Below, in pieces: positions 14,430 through 26,800 of a DNA stretch of 64,000 nucleotides; the stretch's first letter is position 1; each line of letters begins with the position of its first letter. The notes beneath the pieces were generated by a model, which made no database searches, had not been told where the DNA came from, and saw only the letters and a list, made by a program, of their open reading frames with translations. This DNA comes from Octopus vulgaris. Taxonomy: Eukaryota. The stretch covers positions 53,382,001 to 53,446,000 of the forward strand of contig OX597819.1 of the NCBI GenBank assembly GCA_951406725.2, in the 5' to 3' direction. The position numbers were made by a program, and so were the translations under genes.

Positions 14430-15130
14430 TGATACATAATATATTAAACTGACACTGCTGCACCTCATGTTTTAGTGCATCAGTAGGAATATTCAAGACT
14501 GCAAGTGATGACTTGCATGCAGGACAGAACAGAACATGCTCCAATGATGTATAGCCTCCACATCAATGACAATCATTTGTATAACAGTAACATCACCATC
14601 CTAATTTTGACCTCGGATTGAAACATCCTACACATCACTCAAGAGTAGCTGCTTCCATTTTCCACAAAATGTTCCATGATAGCTTCCTTATTCAGCTGTC
14701 TTACATGCTACTCATGCACATTGTCTTCCTACACCACTACTTAAGTGATACACTCTTCCTACACTCTTTAACACAATAAGTTTCTTTGGTTACATTATCT
14801 CACTAGCCTTTGTAATTCTAACAATATAAATTCGTTCTACATCCATCCCACGCAGCCCTTACATTCTGCATCATACTTCTACCATTTCTTTCATTTTACA
14901 AGGTGATCTCTGCCATTTTAATAGCTTTATGTTCTACTTGCTTCTGGTCAATGTTGTTACCTAAACAATAGGAGCCCCGAATCTCATAGCATTATATATT
15001 AGCTGACTTTTGCTGCTTTCAACCTCTCCACCAGTTGTATTAAAGGGGACTGGAATTTTACAGTAGCACTACATGACCAACTTTGACCCTCGGCTTCATG
15101 TATTTTCTAATTCCACTCCCTACTCCTCAA
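14430..15130 (-). mobile_element. Highly decayed RTE-like LINE remnant
   Basis: Weak remnants such as YCLGNNID and GRVY..VV.RKTM in the expected order. Confidence 0.4.
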
Positions 15131-15139
15131 AGTCCAACC

Positions 15140-15470
15140 CTTGATCTCATCATTGGGAAGGTTAAGCAATTGAGTGTCAGAGCTATGCCATCAGAGACTT
15201 CAAGTCCCTGGTAGAGCCACCCAAGACAGACAGGTCTAACATCAGCAATGCTAGGCCTGCAACCCAGCTAACTAGAGGGCAAAGGTAAATTCCTGGCAGC
15301 ATCTGTTCCAAAATCTGGTGACTTCCTGGTGGCAGTGGATCACATCTGGGAATCCTGCGGTGAAAAGGCGTAACACAAGGACCACTGCCACCAGTCATGT
15401 ATGGTGGTTTATGAATACAGACAGGAATTGTTTTTGCAGACTCTGACCATCCCCTGAAATTCCTATGAAC
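15140..15470 (+). mobile_element. RTE-like LINE 5' UTR remnant
   Basis: gagctatgcc..ccctggtagagccaccca..caggtc resembles RTE/Expander 5' UTRs (from recall). Contains a perfect 13-bp stem at 15326-38/15382-94. Confidence 0.4.
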
Positions 15471-15573
15471 TCACAATAGGAACCGGTTTAAACCCTCCTG
15501 GGTGAATGCCATTACATGACAAGAAGAAAAGACATTCCCATGCAATAACATAAACCCATGTACACTAACATCT

Positions 15574-15790
15574 TTAACCCTTTTGATATCAAACCACCTG
15601 AAACTGCTCCAGATTCTACGATACAAATTCAATGTTTTAAACTGAAAACCTTTCATCAAAATGACTTGTTAGTTTATATATAAAACACTTGCTTAACAAT
15701 GATATTTTTATTTCTATAAATTCATTATTTTCAAATTAATTAAAACAAAGGCAGTGTAATTCAATAGTAATATGGTAACAAAACAGTTAA
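15574..15790. mobile_element. piggyBac-type MITE (TTAA-bounded); a partial inverted copy lies at about 16960-17078
   Basis: TTAACCCTTTTGATATCA ... TGGTAACAAAACAGTTAA. Confidence 0.7.
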
Positions 15791-15948
15791 AGTAGCATGT
15801 TAGCAATACATAAATCTGAAAGTGTGTGAATGTGCTGGAATACATGAATATTGACATGTGCATATGCACATGTGCGCAAATGCACAGACACAGTCGCTTC
15901 AAGAGTCATTTATTCCAAAACTTTGCTCAAATACATATTTATAACTTA

Positions 15949-16090
15949 CTAGCAGTATAACCCGGCTTTGTCCAGGATTAAGTTAGGATTATTAAGCTAA
16001 TCAAGTTCTTTATTTCAAACCAAACTAAGTAACACTGACGTCAAATATGGGCGAAATCCGTTAAAATTGGTTCTTATATATATATATATA
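15949..16090 (-). mobile_element. Short non-autonomous Helitron-like element
   Basis: Minus strand ends in hairpin CCTGG-acaaag-CCGGG, then 8 nt, then CTAG followed by T. The 5' end merges into (TA)n. Confidence 0.55.
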
Positions 16091-16104
16091 TGTTTATATA
16101 CCCT

Positions 16105-16422
16105 GGACTGGTGGTACGTAAAAAGCACTATCCGAATTGTGGCCGATGCCAGCACCGCCTCGACTGGTTTCCGTGCCGGTGGCACGTAAATTGCACCAAT
16201 CCGACCGTGGCCGTTGCCAGCCTCGTCTGGCACCTGTGCGGGTGGCACGTAAAAAGCACCCACTACACTCACGGAGTGGTTGGCGTTAGGAAGGGCATCC
16301 AGCTGTAGAAACATTGCCAGATAAGACTGGAGCCTGGTGCAGCCTTCTGGCTTCCCAGATCCCTGGTCGAACCGTCCAACCCATGCTAGCATGGAGAACG
16401 GACGTTAAACGATGATGATGAT
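16105..16422 (+). mobile_element. Retroposon family D ((GAT)n tail, GTTGGCGTTAGGAAGGGCATCCAGCTGTAGAAAC core, three internal ~58-bp units)
   Basis: Close copies at 38150-38455 (+), 47472-47670 (+), 60210-60380 (-) and 60558-60872 (-); older copies at 36165-36645, 32760-32930, 50750-51025, 26408-26590 and 46474-46642. Confidence 0.85.
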
Positions 16423-16599
16423 ATGGGGGGGGGGGCAACACACACACACGTTTGTACGTACACCTATTGCATACATGCTTTTTGTACACATACATGTTCA
16501 TGTGTGTGTGTTGCCCATATATTAACAAAACACTTATACCTGGGAAAGACCAGTGTGTAGAGTTTTCAGGCCTCTCCTCCAAAGAGTCTTATAAGAAGC

Positions 16600-16937
16600 A
16601 ACCATCATTAGACTTTCTGGCTAGATTCCCATGCATGACCAATTGAGACTATGGGTATTCTGACCATCTACCCTTAGGTCTCCTGTCAGTTGGCTAAACT
16701 TGAAGAATTTGTCTTGCAATCCTTTCCTGCCACAATCTAATCACGTCTGTGATCTCTCAATGTGGCACAATCTGGAGAGACTCCCTGATCTGAGCTATGC
16801 ACCCTGTTGAGTAATGTTACTTCAGAGACCCTTCAGATGAACCCTATTTTGGCAGCTTATATTTGTAATCATATATTTTTATCATGCCCTGATGTTCATG
16901 ACCATAAGTGAGGAAAGGCACATGAACCGAATTGAAG
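16600..16937 (-). mobile_element. Decayed RTE (Expander/Rex3-like) LINE 3' fragment
   Basis: FNSVHVPFLTYGHE..AAKIGF..RVSEVTLLNRVHSS..PTDRRPKGRWSEY. Confidence 0.75.
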
Positions 16938-17772
16938 AAATTTAAGGGGGTTTTTTTGTACAAACATAAATTAATAGGAAATTTGATTGGAAGGTTTTAA
17001 TTTAAATAATTTCAAAACTTGAAGTTCTTATCCATAGAACCAGGGTGTTCTTGAGTAGGTTGGTACCAAAACAGTTAATAAAGAGATGAGGTGATCAAGG
17101 GAAGAACATTTTCACTAATATATTTTGGTATGGCCTCATACTTCACAAGTTTGAAAACCGCAACTTTCAAGGATTTGAAACACAAAGCTCAAAGTTACTG
17201 ATCCAACACTTTATCCACAAGAGTAAAACAGAAGGAATCGTAATACTTGGAATTTACAAGAAAACAAATATAAAGAGAGAGAAAGAGGAAGATAGAGAAA
17301 ATTCTACCCAAGGCACAGAATTAAGAAGAATAGATTACCATTCCTCTGTTATTATTCGTTAACAATATCAAATCTTCATAAAAATATCAGCTGTAGAAGT
17401 GTAATCATCCAAACATTATCTTACTAGCAACTGTATTTCAGAACTTCATCACAAATGGTGGATTTTTTTCCCCCTCAGTAAGCAACAATAATGGAAATTG
17501 TGGTGGAGTGAGAGGAGAGGGCGAAAGAAAAAAAAAAAGAAGAATAACTTAAATTAAAATGTCAAAAAGAAGACATGTTGAAATGAATAAATGAATAAAT
17601 ATATATTTTTAAAAAAATCAATATGTATATGTATATGTGTGTGTGTGTGTGTGTGTGTTATTTTTTTTTTCATTTGGGGTTTTGAATTGAAATTAATGCT
17701 TGAATAAACCATTTTAATGAGTGCAAATACTATTACATCCCAACTTGAAGCAAAAATCATTGGCAGTAAAGA

Positions 17773-17804
<32 letters not shown>

Positions 17805-18347
17805 TCAATAAAACATAAATAAGTAGCAGTAGTAATGATGGTAGTGGTGGTGGTGATGTTTTTCGTGGTTGTATTGCTGCTGCTGTAGAGAAATGGATTA
17901 CTCTTGAAGCAAAGAATGGAGCAGAGGAAACGCACGGAGAAAGGGGGGACGGGGGAAAAGAAGTGGCAAACAGGACATGCAGCATGGATTCTTTCTAAAT
18001 GACCCTTAGCAAAGACAACTGTTGAAGTTGAAACCAATTGACAGCTGGTCATTAAGTTTCCAGCAGCATACCTCCAAATACAACCAATTACCAGTAAGGA
18101 GTGAGTTATAGAAAAGGGTAAGCAGAGACACTAACGCTTTGCCTTCTCCCCACTTTCCTCTTACCCCCTACCACCACCAACAACAACAACGCAGCCACCT
18201 ATTATTCCCTATTATTTTCTGAAAAATCTTTTCTCCCCTCATTGTTACCCCCATGCCACTTGTTCCAATAGAAAGGATTTCCACTTCAATCAGTACATCA
18301 GTATCTTTAGGAAAACATCATTTGTTGCTGTTATTGCTGCTGCTGTT

Positions 18348-18439
<92 letters not shown>
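18348..18439. repeat. (TAG)n microsatellite, about 30 units
   Basis: Seen directly in the sequence. Confidence 0.95.
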
Positions 18440-18440
<1 letters not shown>

Positions 18441-20201
18441 TGCAACATGCAACAAGACTAATTCGTATACTTTTGTAGAAATACACTGCTGAATCATAAA
18501 ATATCAGCATTTTTGTAACAAATTGCAAATACTAAGATATAAAAAAGAAAAGAAGAAAAAAATAAAGTAAATTACACTCGAAATATATTAATAACTAAAA
18601 ACACACTTGCTGTAAATCACCTGCAAAGAAAGGTTAGAAACACGTCAGTTGGGAATGAGAAACAAGTCTACTGTATTTATAAACATTGGGAATGAAACTA
18701 GATAAAAAAAAAAAAGAAAGAAAGAAAAATATAAGATGAAATATCATAGCTTTAAAAAAAAAAAAGGCTGAGGGACATCAGGAGACACTTTCAATGAAAT
18801 AACAGATTATCTATCAATCTATAAGTTTGTCTGACAAAGGTTTGAGATTGTAGAACACTAGAGTGATGTTTGCATGGTCTCAGGTTCTAATCTCTTATCT
18901 GGAGCCAATATATAATGTGCTGCTAGCAAGGTATGTTACTCTGCTTGCTCCAGTTCACCTGAATGACAAAACTTCCTTTTCCACTTCATGGCTGAGTGGT
19001 TAGTGATGGGAAGAGCATCCAGCTGTAAAACCAGTTTTCTAACAAAAAGAATGAAACATTGCATATGAAATTCAACAAGGAAAAACTGCTCTGCAGTCTT
19101 GTAAGAAACAGCAGCCAGATTTTTCTCAAATCACATCCTACTGTCTTAACAAAAGGAAAGACATTGGGTGTTTTGTTCTTATTACACTATGCTGAAAAAA
19201 AAAAAGAGGGGATGATTGGGGTTCAACAACAACCTATTTCATTTAATGCTATAAAGTTGCATGAAAATTATGGTATGCTCGTATGTGACACAGATTGGTC
19301 AGCTTCCTTAACAAGCAACACCAGCTTGTTTGTCACTTGAACCATTCAGCTGACCGATTACTGTGATGATCAATCCTATTCAGCACTCTAAAGAATGATA
19401 TGGGTTGCTCTACATGAAAGCAAAGTCCCTGAATTTCAAACCTTTAGATGTCTTCAGTAGGAAGGAAGCCCCAGATGAATACAATTAAGTATTTTGTTTG
19501 TGGTATCAGCCATACAGTAGCCATGACTGTGTGGTTAAGAAGCACATTTTGTAACCATGTGGTTTTGGTATCGGTCCCATTGCACAGCACCTTAGGGAAG
19601 CATTTTTTAACTTATAGCCTCAAACTGACAAATGCCTTGAGTGAATTTGGTTGAGAGAAACTGTGTGGAAGCCTGTCATAAACATGTGTGTGTATTTGTT
19701 CCCAACCCCTGCTTGACAGCTAGTGATGGTTTGCTTACAACCCCATAATGTTGCAGTCCAGTGACTGAAACAAGATAAAAGACAAAATCCACCAAACACA
19801 CACACACACACACACACACAAAGATTACCCATGGGGTGAGAGCAAATGCTACTACCTCTGACACTGCAATGTTATACTATTTAACAGAAGCAGTAGAATA
19901 CACTTCAAAATGAAACTAGAAACTAGATGCAATTCACCCAGGATGCAGCACAGAGTAGGCTGTACTCAGCTTAACAAAGAACCTAACACAGCCACTATAT
20001 TTACTGCAAATATCTGAACAAGGAACATGCCAATACATTTAAATAATAAAGAACAGCTATTTAAAAGTGTTGGCATCTTCCATCTTGTGGACAGATTAAT
20101 ATTTGAAGACGTTAACACTACCAAAAGTCAATTGAAATTCAAAGACGCTGCAAAACCAATAGCTTTTTCTACTAAATTGCTCTTTTCACTTCACTTCTTA
20201 C

Positions 20202-20310
20202 CATGAAATACTAAAAGGCCGTTTGCTATAGCTGTCTTTATCTGATCCAATGGTTGGTAACTCAAACACTTTGCCAATATTAATGACATTCATAAAATTG
20301 TTTTGCAGTT
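20202..20310 (-). CDS. Internal coding exon (109 bp, phase 1 to 2): xLQNNFMNVINIGKVFELPTIGSDKDSYSKRPFSIS(W/C), probably the same gene as the 46-kb exon
   Basis: Long polypyrimidine acceptor ctctcttttcctgctctttacccatttag| and donor TCATG|gtaaga. Only one of three frames is open across it. Confidence 0.65.
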
Positions 20311-20636
20311 CTAAATGGGTAAAGAGCAGGAAAAGAGAGTACATGTGTGTGTTTGTGTGTGTGCATGTGTATGGCGCATATACAGCAGAATAGATACTTA
20401 TAAGAAATATATAAAAAAAAAACATAAACAAAACAGTTTGGACTGGTTTTAATATACTGTATCATAAAACAACATGTCCAAAGCCATTAAAAGTAACATT
20501 TAAAAAATATGTATATAGAAAATGGTGTGGAGTTTCAGCGCAGCAGTTTGTAGCAACAGGAGTGGTACACTTGAAACTAGTCACTTTACAAATGTGGAAC
20601 ATTATATATATATATATACATACATACATACATATG

Positions 20637-20816
20637 TATGTTATGTCTGGAGAGCGTCATATTGTCTTAATGCCTTATTATCTAACACACTCATCGGTTC
20701 AATTTTCACTCATTTATATTTTTTCTTCCATATAAAAAAATGAGTGGAAATCGAACCAGTGTGTGTGTTAGATAATAAAGTATTAAGACAATATCATTCT
20801 CCCCAGACACAACATA
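20637..20816. mobile_element. Foldback MITE, ~79-bp arms, TA-bounded (copy 1)
   Basis: TATGTTATGTCTGG..CACTCATTT pairs with AAATGAGTG..CCAGACACAACATA at about 85-90%. Confidence 0.85.
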
Positions 20817-21261
20817 ATTTGCTTCAACACACTAGTTCACATAAAGAATCTTGCAAACCGGATACAAAAACAAAGTATATATATATATAATTTCTGAGCA
20901 TGCCATCACAGCATGTCCAATGCACATGTCAGCTTGCAATGGGTAAAGAGCAGGAAAAGAGAGTACATGTGTGTGTTTGTGTGTGTGCATGTGTATGGCG
21001 CATATACAGCAGAATAGATACTTATAAGAAATATATAAAAAAAACATAAACAAAACAGTTGGGACTGGTTTTAATATACTGTATCATAAAACAACATGTC
21101 CAAAGCCATTAAAAGTAACATTTTAAAAAATATGTATATAGAAAATGGTGTGGAGTTTCAGCGCAGCAGTTTGTAGCAACAGGAGTGGTACACTTGAAAC
21201 TAGTCACTTTACAAATGTGGAACATTATATATATATATACACACATACATACATACATATG

Positions 21262-21461
21262 TATGTTATGTCTGGGGAGCGTCATATTGTCTTAATGCCT
21301 TATTATCTAACACACTCATCGGTTCGATTTCCACTCATTTATATTTTTTCTTCCATATAAAAAAATGAAAAATATACAAAAAAAATGAGTGGAAATCGAA
21401 TCAGTGTGTGTGTTAGATAATAAAGTATTAAGACAATATCACTCTCCCCAGACACAACATA
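21262..21461. mobile_element. Foldback MITE (copy 2, inside the tandem duplication)
   Basis: Same arms as copy 1 with a spacer about 20 bp longer. Confidence 0.85.
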
Positions 21462-23267
21462 ATTTGCTTCAACACACTAGTTCACATAAAGAATCTTGCA
21501 AACCGGATACAAAAACAAAGTATATATATATATAATTTCTGAGCATGCCATCACAGCATGTCCAATGCACATGTCAGCTTGCAATGATGTTGTGCTCTGC
21601 ATGTTGACTTCATCAAACACGGAAGTAAACATCCTTGCAACAGTCATCTAATACTCAGAGAACAGTAAAGAACCTTAAAATAACAAAAGCCTTACTGTTA
21701 GAATAAACACCACAAATCAAAACTGTTTTGCTGACATTGACTACATTGAGACTACGAAAACAATATGGATACCATCAGATGCAAAAAGGCATTAACCATA
21801 ATTCTGACAACTGTTGACAGCTGAGGCTTCACCAAGAATATATCATCATCATCATCATTTACATGTCCACTCTTTCATGTTTGCATGGGTTGGACAGAAT
21901 CTGTTAAGGCAAATTTTCTATGGCCAGATGCCCTTCCTGTTATTAATCTTCACTTGCTTTGAAGAAAGGTAATATTTCCCCATGCTTTCATGAGAGGTTG
22001 GAAATAAAAGACATTTGTAGTATGATGGTGATACACATTTATAACTATTGAGCAATTTCAAGGCAAAGTGACACACCCATGCACATGCACACACACATAC
22101 ACACATACATACACACATTTATATACAATGGGCTTCTTTTTTAGTTTCTGTCAACCAAATCCAATTACAAGGCCTTAATCAGCCCAGTACTGTGGTAGGA
22201 GATACTTGCCCATGTGTGGTTGGTAAGCAAGGTTAACAACACAGCCACATCTGCACACATACACGCACACAAATTCACCACACTGAAGAGGAGGAGGAGG
22301 CTAACTGGGTATATTTTAATGTGCAAATCACTACTTGATTAAATAGAACTGATAATTATTTTCTAGAAAGGTAAATCAAACCCAAATCATTTTTAAAGTT
22401 ATTTCATTTCTAGCTGTCTCCACCACCACCACCACCATTTAATAAATGACAAAAGACATCCCTTTTACATGATCTGGGCAGTGGGAGAGTAAAGACTGTT
22501 GTAAATGTGTGTATGTGTAAATGAGCATTATCATCATATAAGCAAAGTTGCTCATTTCCAGTCTCCTCTGAAAGACATGTCTAGTTTAGGGCGAATATTA
22601 CTTTGTTTGGAAACAGGTGAGTGTTGGCAACAGGAAGGGCATCTGGCTATAGAAAATCTGCTCTGACTCATGCAAGCATGGAAAAGTGGACATTAAATGA
22701 TGATGATGGTGGTGATGATGTAACACAAAGCCATGTAGAGAACTCCTTGATCATATGAATGATGTCACTAATTAGGTTTAAGATATCTTAACTCATTAAC
22801 TTTCATAATAATCTCAGTGATCTGAATACAATGCATTTTGGACCAGATAACAATAATAAGATCAAATATACCAGGAAAAAGTTCATAAAAACAATAGTAA
22901 TGTTTTTTAGAGATTAATAAATTTAGCTTTGAGTAGGTTTTCTTACCATTAGCACAAAACATTTTGTACCACACTTGTTTATCTGTTATGATTGCATCTA
23001 GTTAAAAGCACTTCACTGTAACTACCCAAGCTTAAGTGAAAGCTTCTTTACACAACATCCCACATGAACAATAAAGGATATATCAAGATAGACAATCATC
23101 ATTTAGCATCGGTTTTTCTACATTGGTATGGATTAGACAGTTTAATTGGAACTGGTAAGCCAAAGAGCTGCAGCAGGTTCCAGTCTGTTTTAGCTTGGTT
23201 TCTACAGCTGGATGCTCTTCCCAAAGCCAACAGCTCCACAGACTGTCCCAGGTGCCTTTTGCATTTC

Positions 23268-23858
23268 ACCAGCACAGGTGCCTTTAACGCGTCACCGGCA
23301 CAGGTGCCCTTTAACGCGTCACCGGCACAAGTGCCCTTTAATGTGTCACCGGCACAAGTGCCTTTAACGCATCACTGGCACAGGTGCCTTTAACGTGTCA
23401 CCAACATAGATGCCCTTTACGTGCCACCGACACAGGTGCCCTTTACATGTCACCGACACAGGTGCCCTTTACGTGTCACCGACACAGGTGCCCTTTACGT
23501 GTCACCGACACAGGTGCCCTTTACATGTCACCGACACAGGTGCCCTTTACATGTCACCGACACAGGTGCCCTTTACATGTCACCGACACAGGTGCCCTTT
23601 ACATGTCACCGACACAGGTGCCTTTACATGTCACCCACACAGGTGCCTTTACATGTCACCGACACAGATGCCCTTTACATGTCACCAACACAGGTGCCCT
23701 TTACATGTCACCGGCACAGATGCCCTTTACATGTCACCAGCACAGGTGCCCTTAGTGTGTCACCGGCACAGGTGCCCTTTATGAGTCACCAGCACAGGTA
23801 CCCTTTACATGTCACCGGCATGGGAGCCCTTTACATGTCACCAGTACAGGTGCCTTTT
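23268..23858. repeat. Minisatellite of about 23 x 26 bp (TGTCACCGACACAGGTGCCCTTTACA), continuous with a family D element starting at about 23095
   Basis: Head-to-tail units without spacers. Confidence 0.95.
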
Positions 23859-26800
23859 AAAGCAAGCAAAATGACAAAGTAACAACTATTTTATGTATTA
23901 TAAACACATCCACCATTAAATGTCAATAACCATAATATGGGAAACACATAAACACAATACTAGTCTCTTGTAACTTATACATTTTATTGTATTAAGTCCT
24001 AGGACTTGTAGGGCTAGTTACCCAGTTCCCATGGTGTATAAGTGACATTCCCTCTGAACAGGACACCAGTTCAATGCAGGATTTGTTGATTTACAGCTGA
24101 GTGGACAGGAGCAATGTGAAATAAAGTGTTTTGCACAAAGAACATAAAGCACTGGTGAGTCTTGGAATTGAAACTTCAGTCGTACGATTGTAAATGCAAC
24201 ACCCTAAACACTAGGCCATGTGCCTTTGCAGTTTTTTAGCATAAATTCAACTTTCTGGGGCAAAGTAAAACAACTTCAAACAAATTTCAGTACCAATTAG
24301 TTTGTGGTGATTATTTTAATTAACACTGGACACCATAATGGAATTAAGTACACTGTCAACAAATCTATTTTGCTTTGCTTCAAGAAAACCCAAGCAAGAA
24401 ACCTGTTTATGAATAAATGTAACATCATAGTCATTACATACCAAACAACAATTCTGGTGACAGGTTACAAGTGCAATAGAAACACGCAATTATATATATA
24501 TACAACAATTATGTTTCAAAACTAGACTTTCATACATTTAATTATTTGCTAGAAGGAGGTGATGACAAAACAGGATGATGTGAAGTTATGTTTGTATTGT
24601 AATAAATATCAGAAAATGTAGCAAAGCAGGTGCAATGGATAGCATATTTCCTGGAGAAGTGAGAGAACGAGAGACAAGATTAATGAACAGTAAAAAATTT
24701 GAAAGCTATCAGAAAGGAATAGTAAAAAATTACTGGTTGTTTTATATTGAGTTGTAAAGTAATATAACTGGAGAGCTTTTTTTATAGAGTAGTAAAAGAA
24801 AAAACTTGTAGTGTAGGAATGTAGAAGATTAACTAGAAAGGGAAATGGGTTAGTTAGACTTTGTGAAATCTTGATCATCTCACAATTAAAATGCTTTGAT
24901 TTTAATGGAGTTCAAAATTGAAAATTTGAGTTTTGGTGATTCAGGGAAATGCAACCAGATTGGTAACAGCAAGTTTCACATTAACAATGACAACACAAAA
25001 ACTACTATTGTCACACTTCCAAGAAATGTGTTTTGATTCAAATTACTATCTATCTAATAACAGAAACATAGAAAAACCTACTGGGAGTTACATGCTAACA
25101 AGAAAAGTGTCAATCAAGTTAAGTCTGAACAAATAGTGGAAGGCTGATGATAGGTCATCAGTTTTCGATGGCTGTTGATGGAAGTGTGTGTAGATATTGC
25201 TTTCTATGTGTAAAAATCCAATCACAGAAAATTACAGCTTCAGCAACATTGATGTTCTTACATAATTAGTGGAAAATTGCTACATTTGATTTTTGAGAGA
25301 TAAATAGTCTAGCAGCAGTTAGAAACACAGCATAGCAGTAAAACAGGATGGGAAAAACAGTTGCTTATGATATGTAAAATGAAATCTGGGGAATAAATTT
25401 AGCATTAAAAAATAAAATATAAGATAAATTTTCCTGGAATCAATTAGTTTCATGACTTTTAAAGAAAAAAATATTTTTTTTTAAATGTAAAGAATTTTTT
25501 AAAACTTGTAAATGAAGCTGATATGATAGAATCCAGAAGTTCCTTAAAGGAGTTGATTATTAGAGTAGGAATATAAAACAAGAGAGGTTGTTGATGTGTG
25601 TGACTTAGAATTTAATTGTTCTAGCAGGAAATTAATGGAACCTGAACAAATAAATAGGATCTAATAAATCAATTAATTAAAACCTTTATAAGTTTAAATT
25701 TCAACTTGAATTTAACAGAAGACCTGCTGTATGGTGAACTGGTCTCTGGAAAGAGAGCATGACAATGACAACACCATCTTCATTTCAAAGATGCCTGAAA
25801 GAGAGACAGAAAAAGTCCCCTTGTATGAACATTGAATGATGGGAAGAAATTTCTGATGATTGATTGGTCAAAATAATCTTGGTGATACAAAAGTTCAGGA
25901 TGGTCATGGTTGGAATACTTCTGATCATAGAATTTTTGTTCAATGTTGACCCAGAACCAAAACAAAACCAACAAAATTGATACAAGTGCCATAACTAAAA
26001 GTGCTCAATGAAATATTTTCAACAAAGGAAACTGAGACAAAATCAGTTTGTTCATTCATTTGTTTGCTTCATGTCCACTGCTTCTATACTGGCATAGATT
26101 GTAGAAGTACATGTTATTGATACATTGTTTTACAGTAGGATGACCTTCCTTTTACTAACCCTTACAAGTTTCTCAAGTAAGAGGATCTTTATTCCAATTC
26201 TCTTTGAAAGTACAAAGCTACCAGACAATTTGTCAACAGATAAATATCAACAAATGTCCCCACCTGACGAAGCTCAGTGATTTTCATGCAAAATGCAGTG
26301 TAAACATTCAAATATGCATATCACATACCTATATCAACTCATAATATTTTGAAGGCATGGGCTTGAGCTACACTAATGATAAGAACTCAAAAACACTTAT
26401 CTGGCTTCATCATCATCGACATCCAATGTATGCTTTCCATGCTAGCATGGGTTGGACAGTTTGAGAAGAACTACCAAGTCCAAAGACTGCACCAAGCTCT
26501 ACTGCTTGCTTTGGCATGGTTTCTACAGCTGGATGCCCTACCTAACACCAACCACTTTGCAGAGTGTAATGGGTACTTTTTACATGGCACCATTTTTCTG
26601 TGATACTTTGAAAAAACAAGAAAACAGCCCCATGTCATGCAGATGTATACAATTCCTCTATTTTCAGCTCCAGCTCAAGAATGTCTTAGCAACATTTTGA
26701 AAAACTGAAAACATTGGTACATTAGCCAACTTTTTAAAAGACCAAAACTATGGATAATTTACTGTCTAGTACAGATTTATACCAAACTCAAGCAAAAAAC

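Larger units (their letters stand above)
20314..21586. repeat. Near-identical tandem duplication (20314-20937 and 20938-21582) with AATG microhomology
   Basis: The two units are collinear with few SNPs or indels. AATG occurs at 20314, 20938 and 21583. Confidence 0.95.

Noticed and set aside
15346-15375. CTGGGAA..GAAA..GTA inside the 13-bp stem as a hammerhead
   Set aside because: Two invariant core positions differ and the proximal stem I does not pair.
16171-16200. CGTGCC-ggt-GGCACG-TAAA as the P1 helix of a pistol ribozyme
   Set aside because: The 3-nt loop cannot form the required pseudoknot, and the remaining pistol elements are absent.
23268-23858. CRISPR-like array
   Set aside because: Units are contiguous with no unique spacers, there are no cas genes, the context is eukaryotic, and the unit derives from a retroposon motif.
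25144-25161. CTGATGA-tagg-TCATCAG
   Set aside because: Simple 7-bp hairpin with no GAAA, stem III or stem I in hammerhead order.
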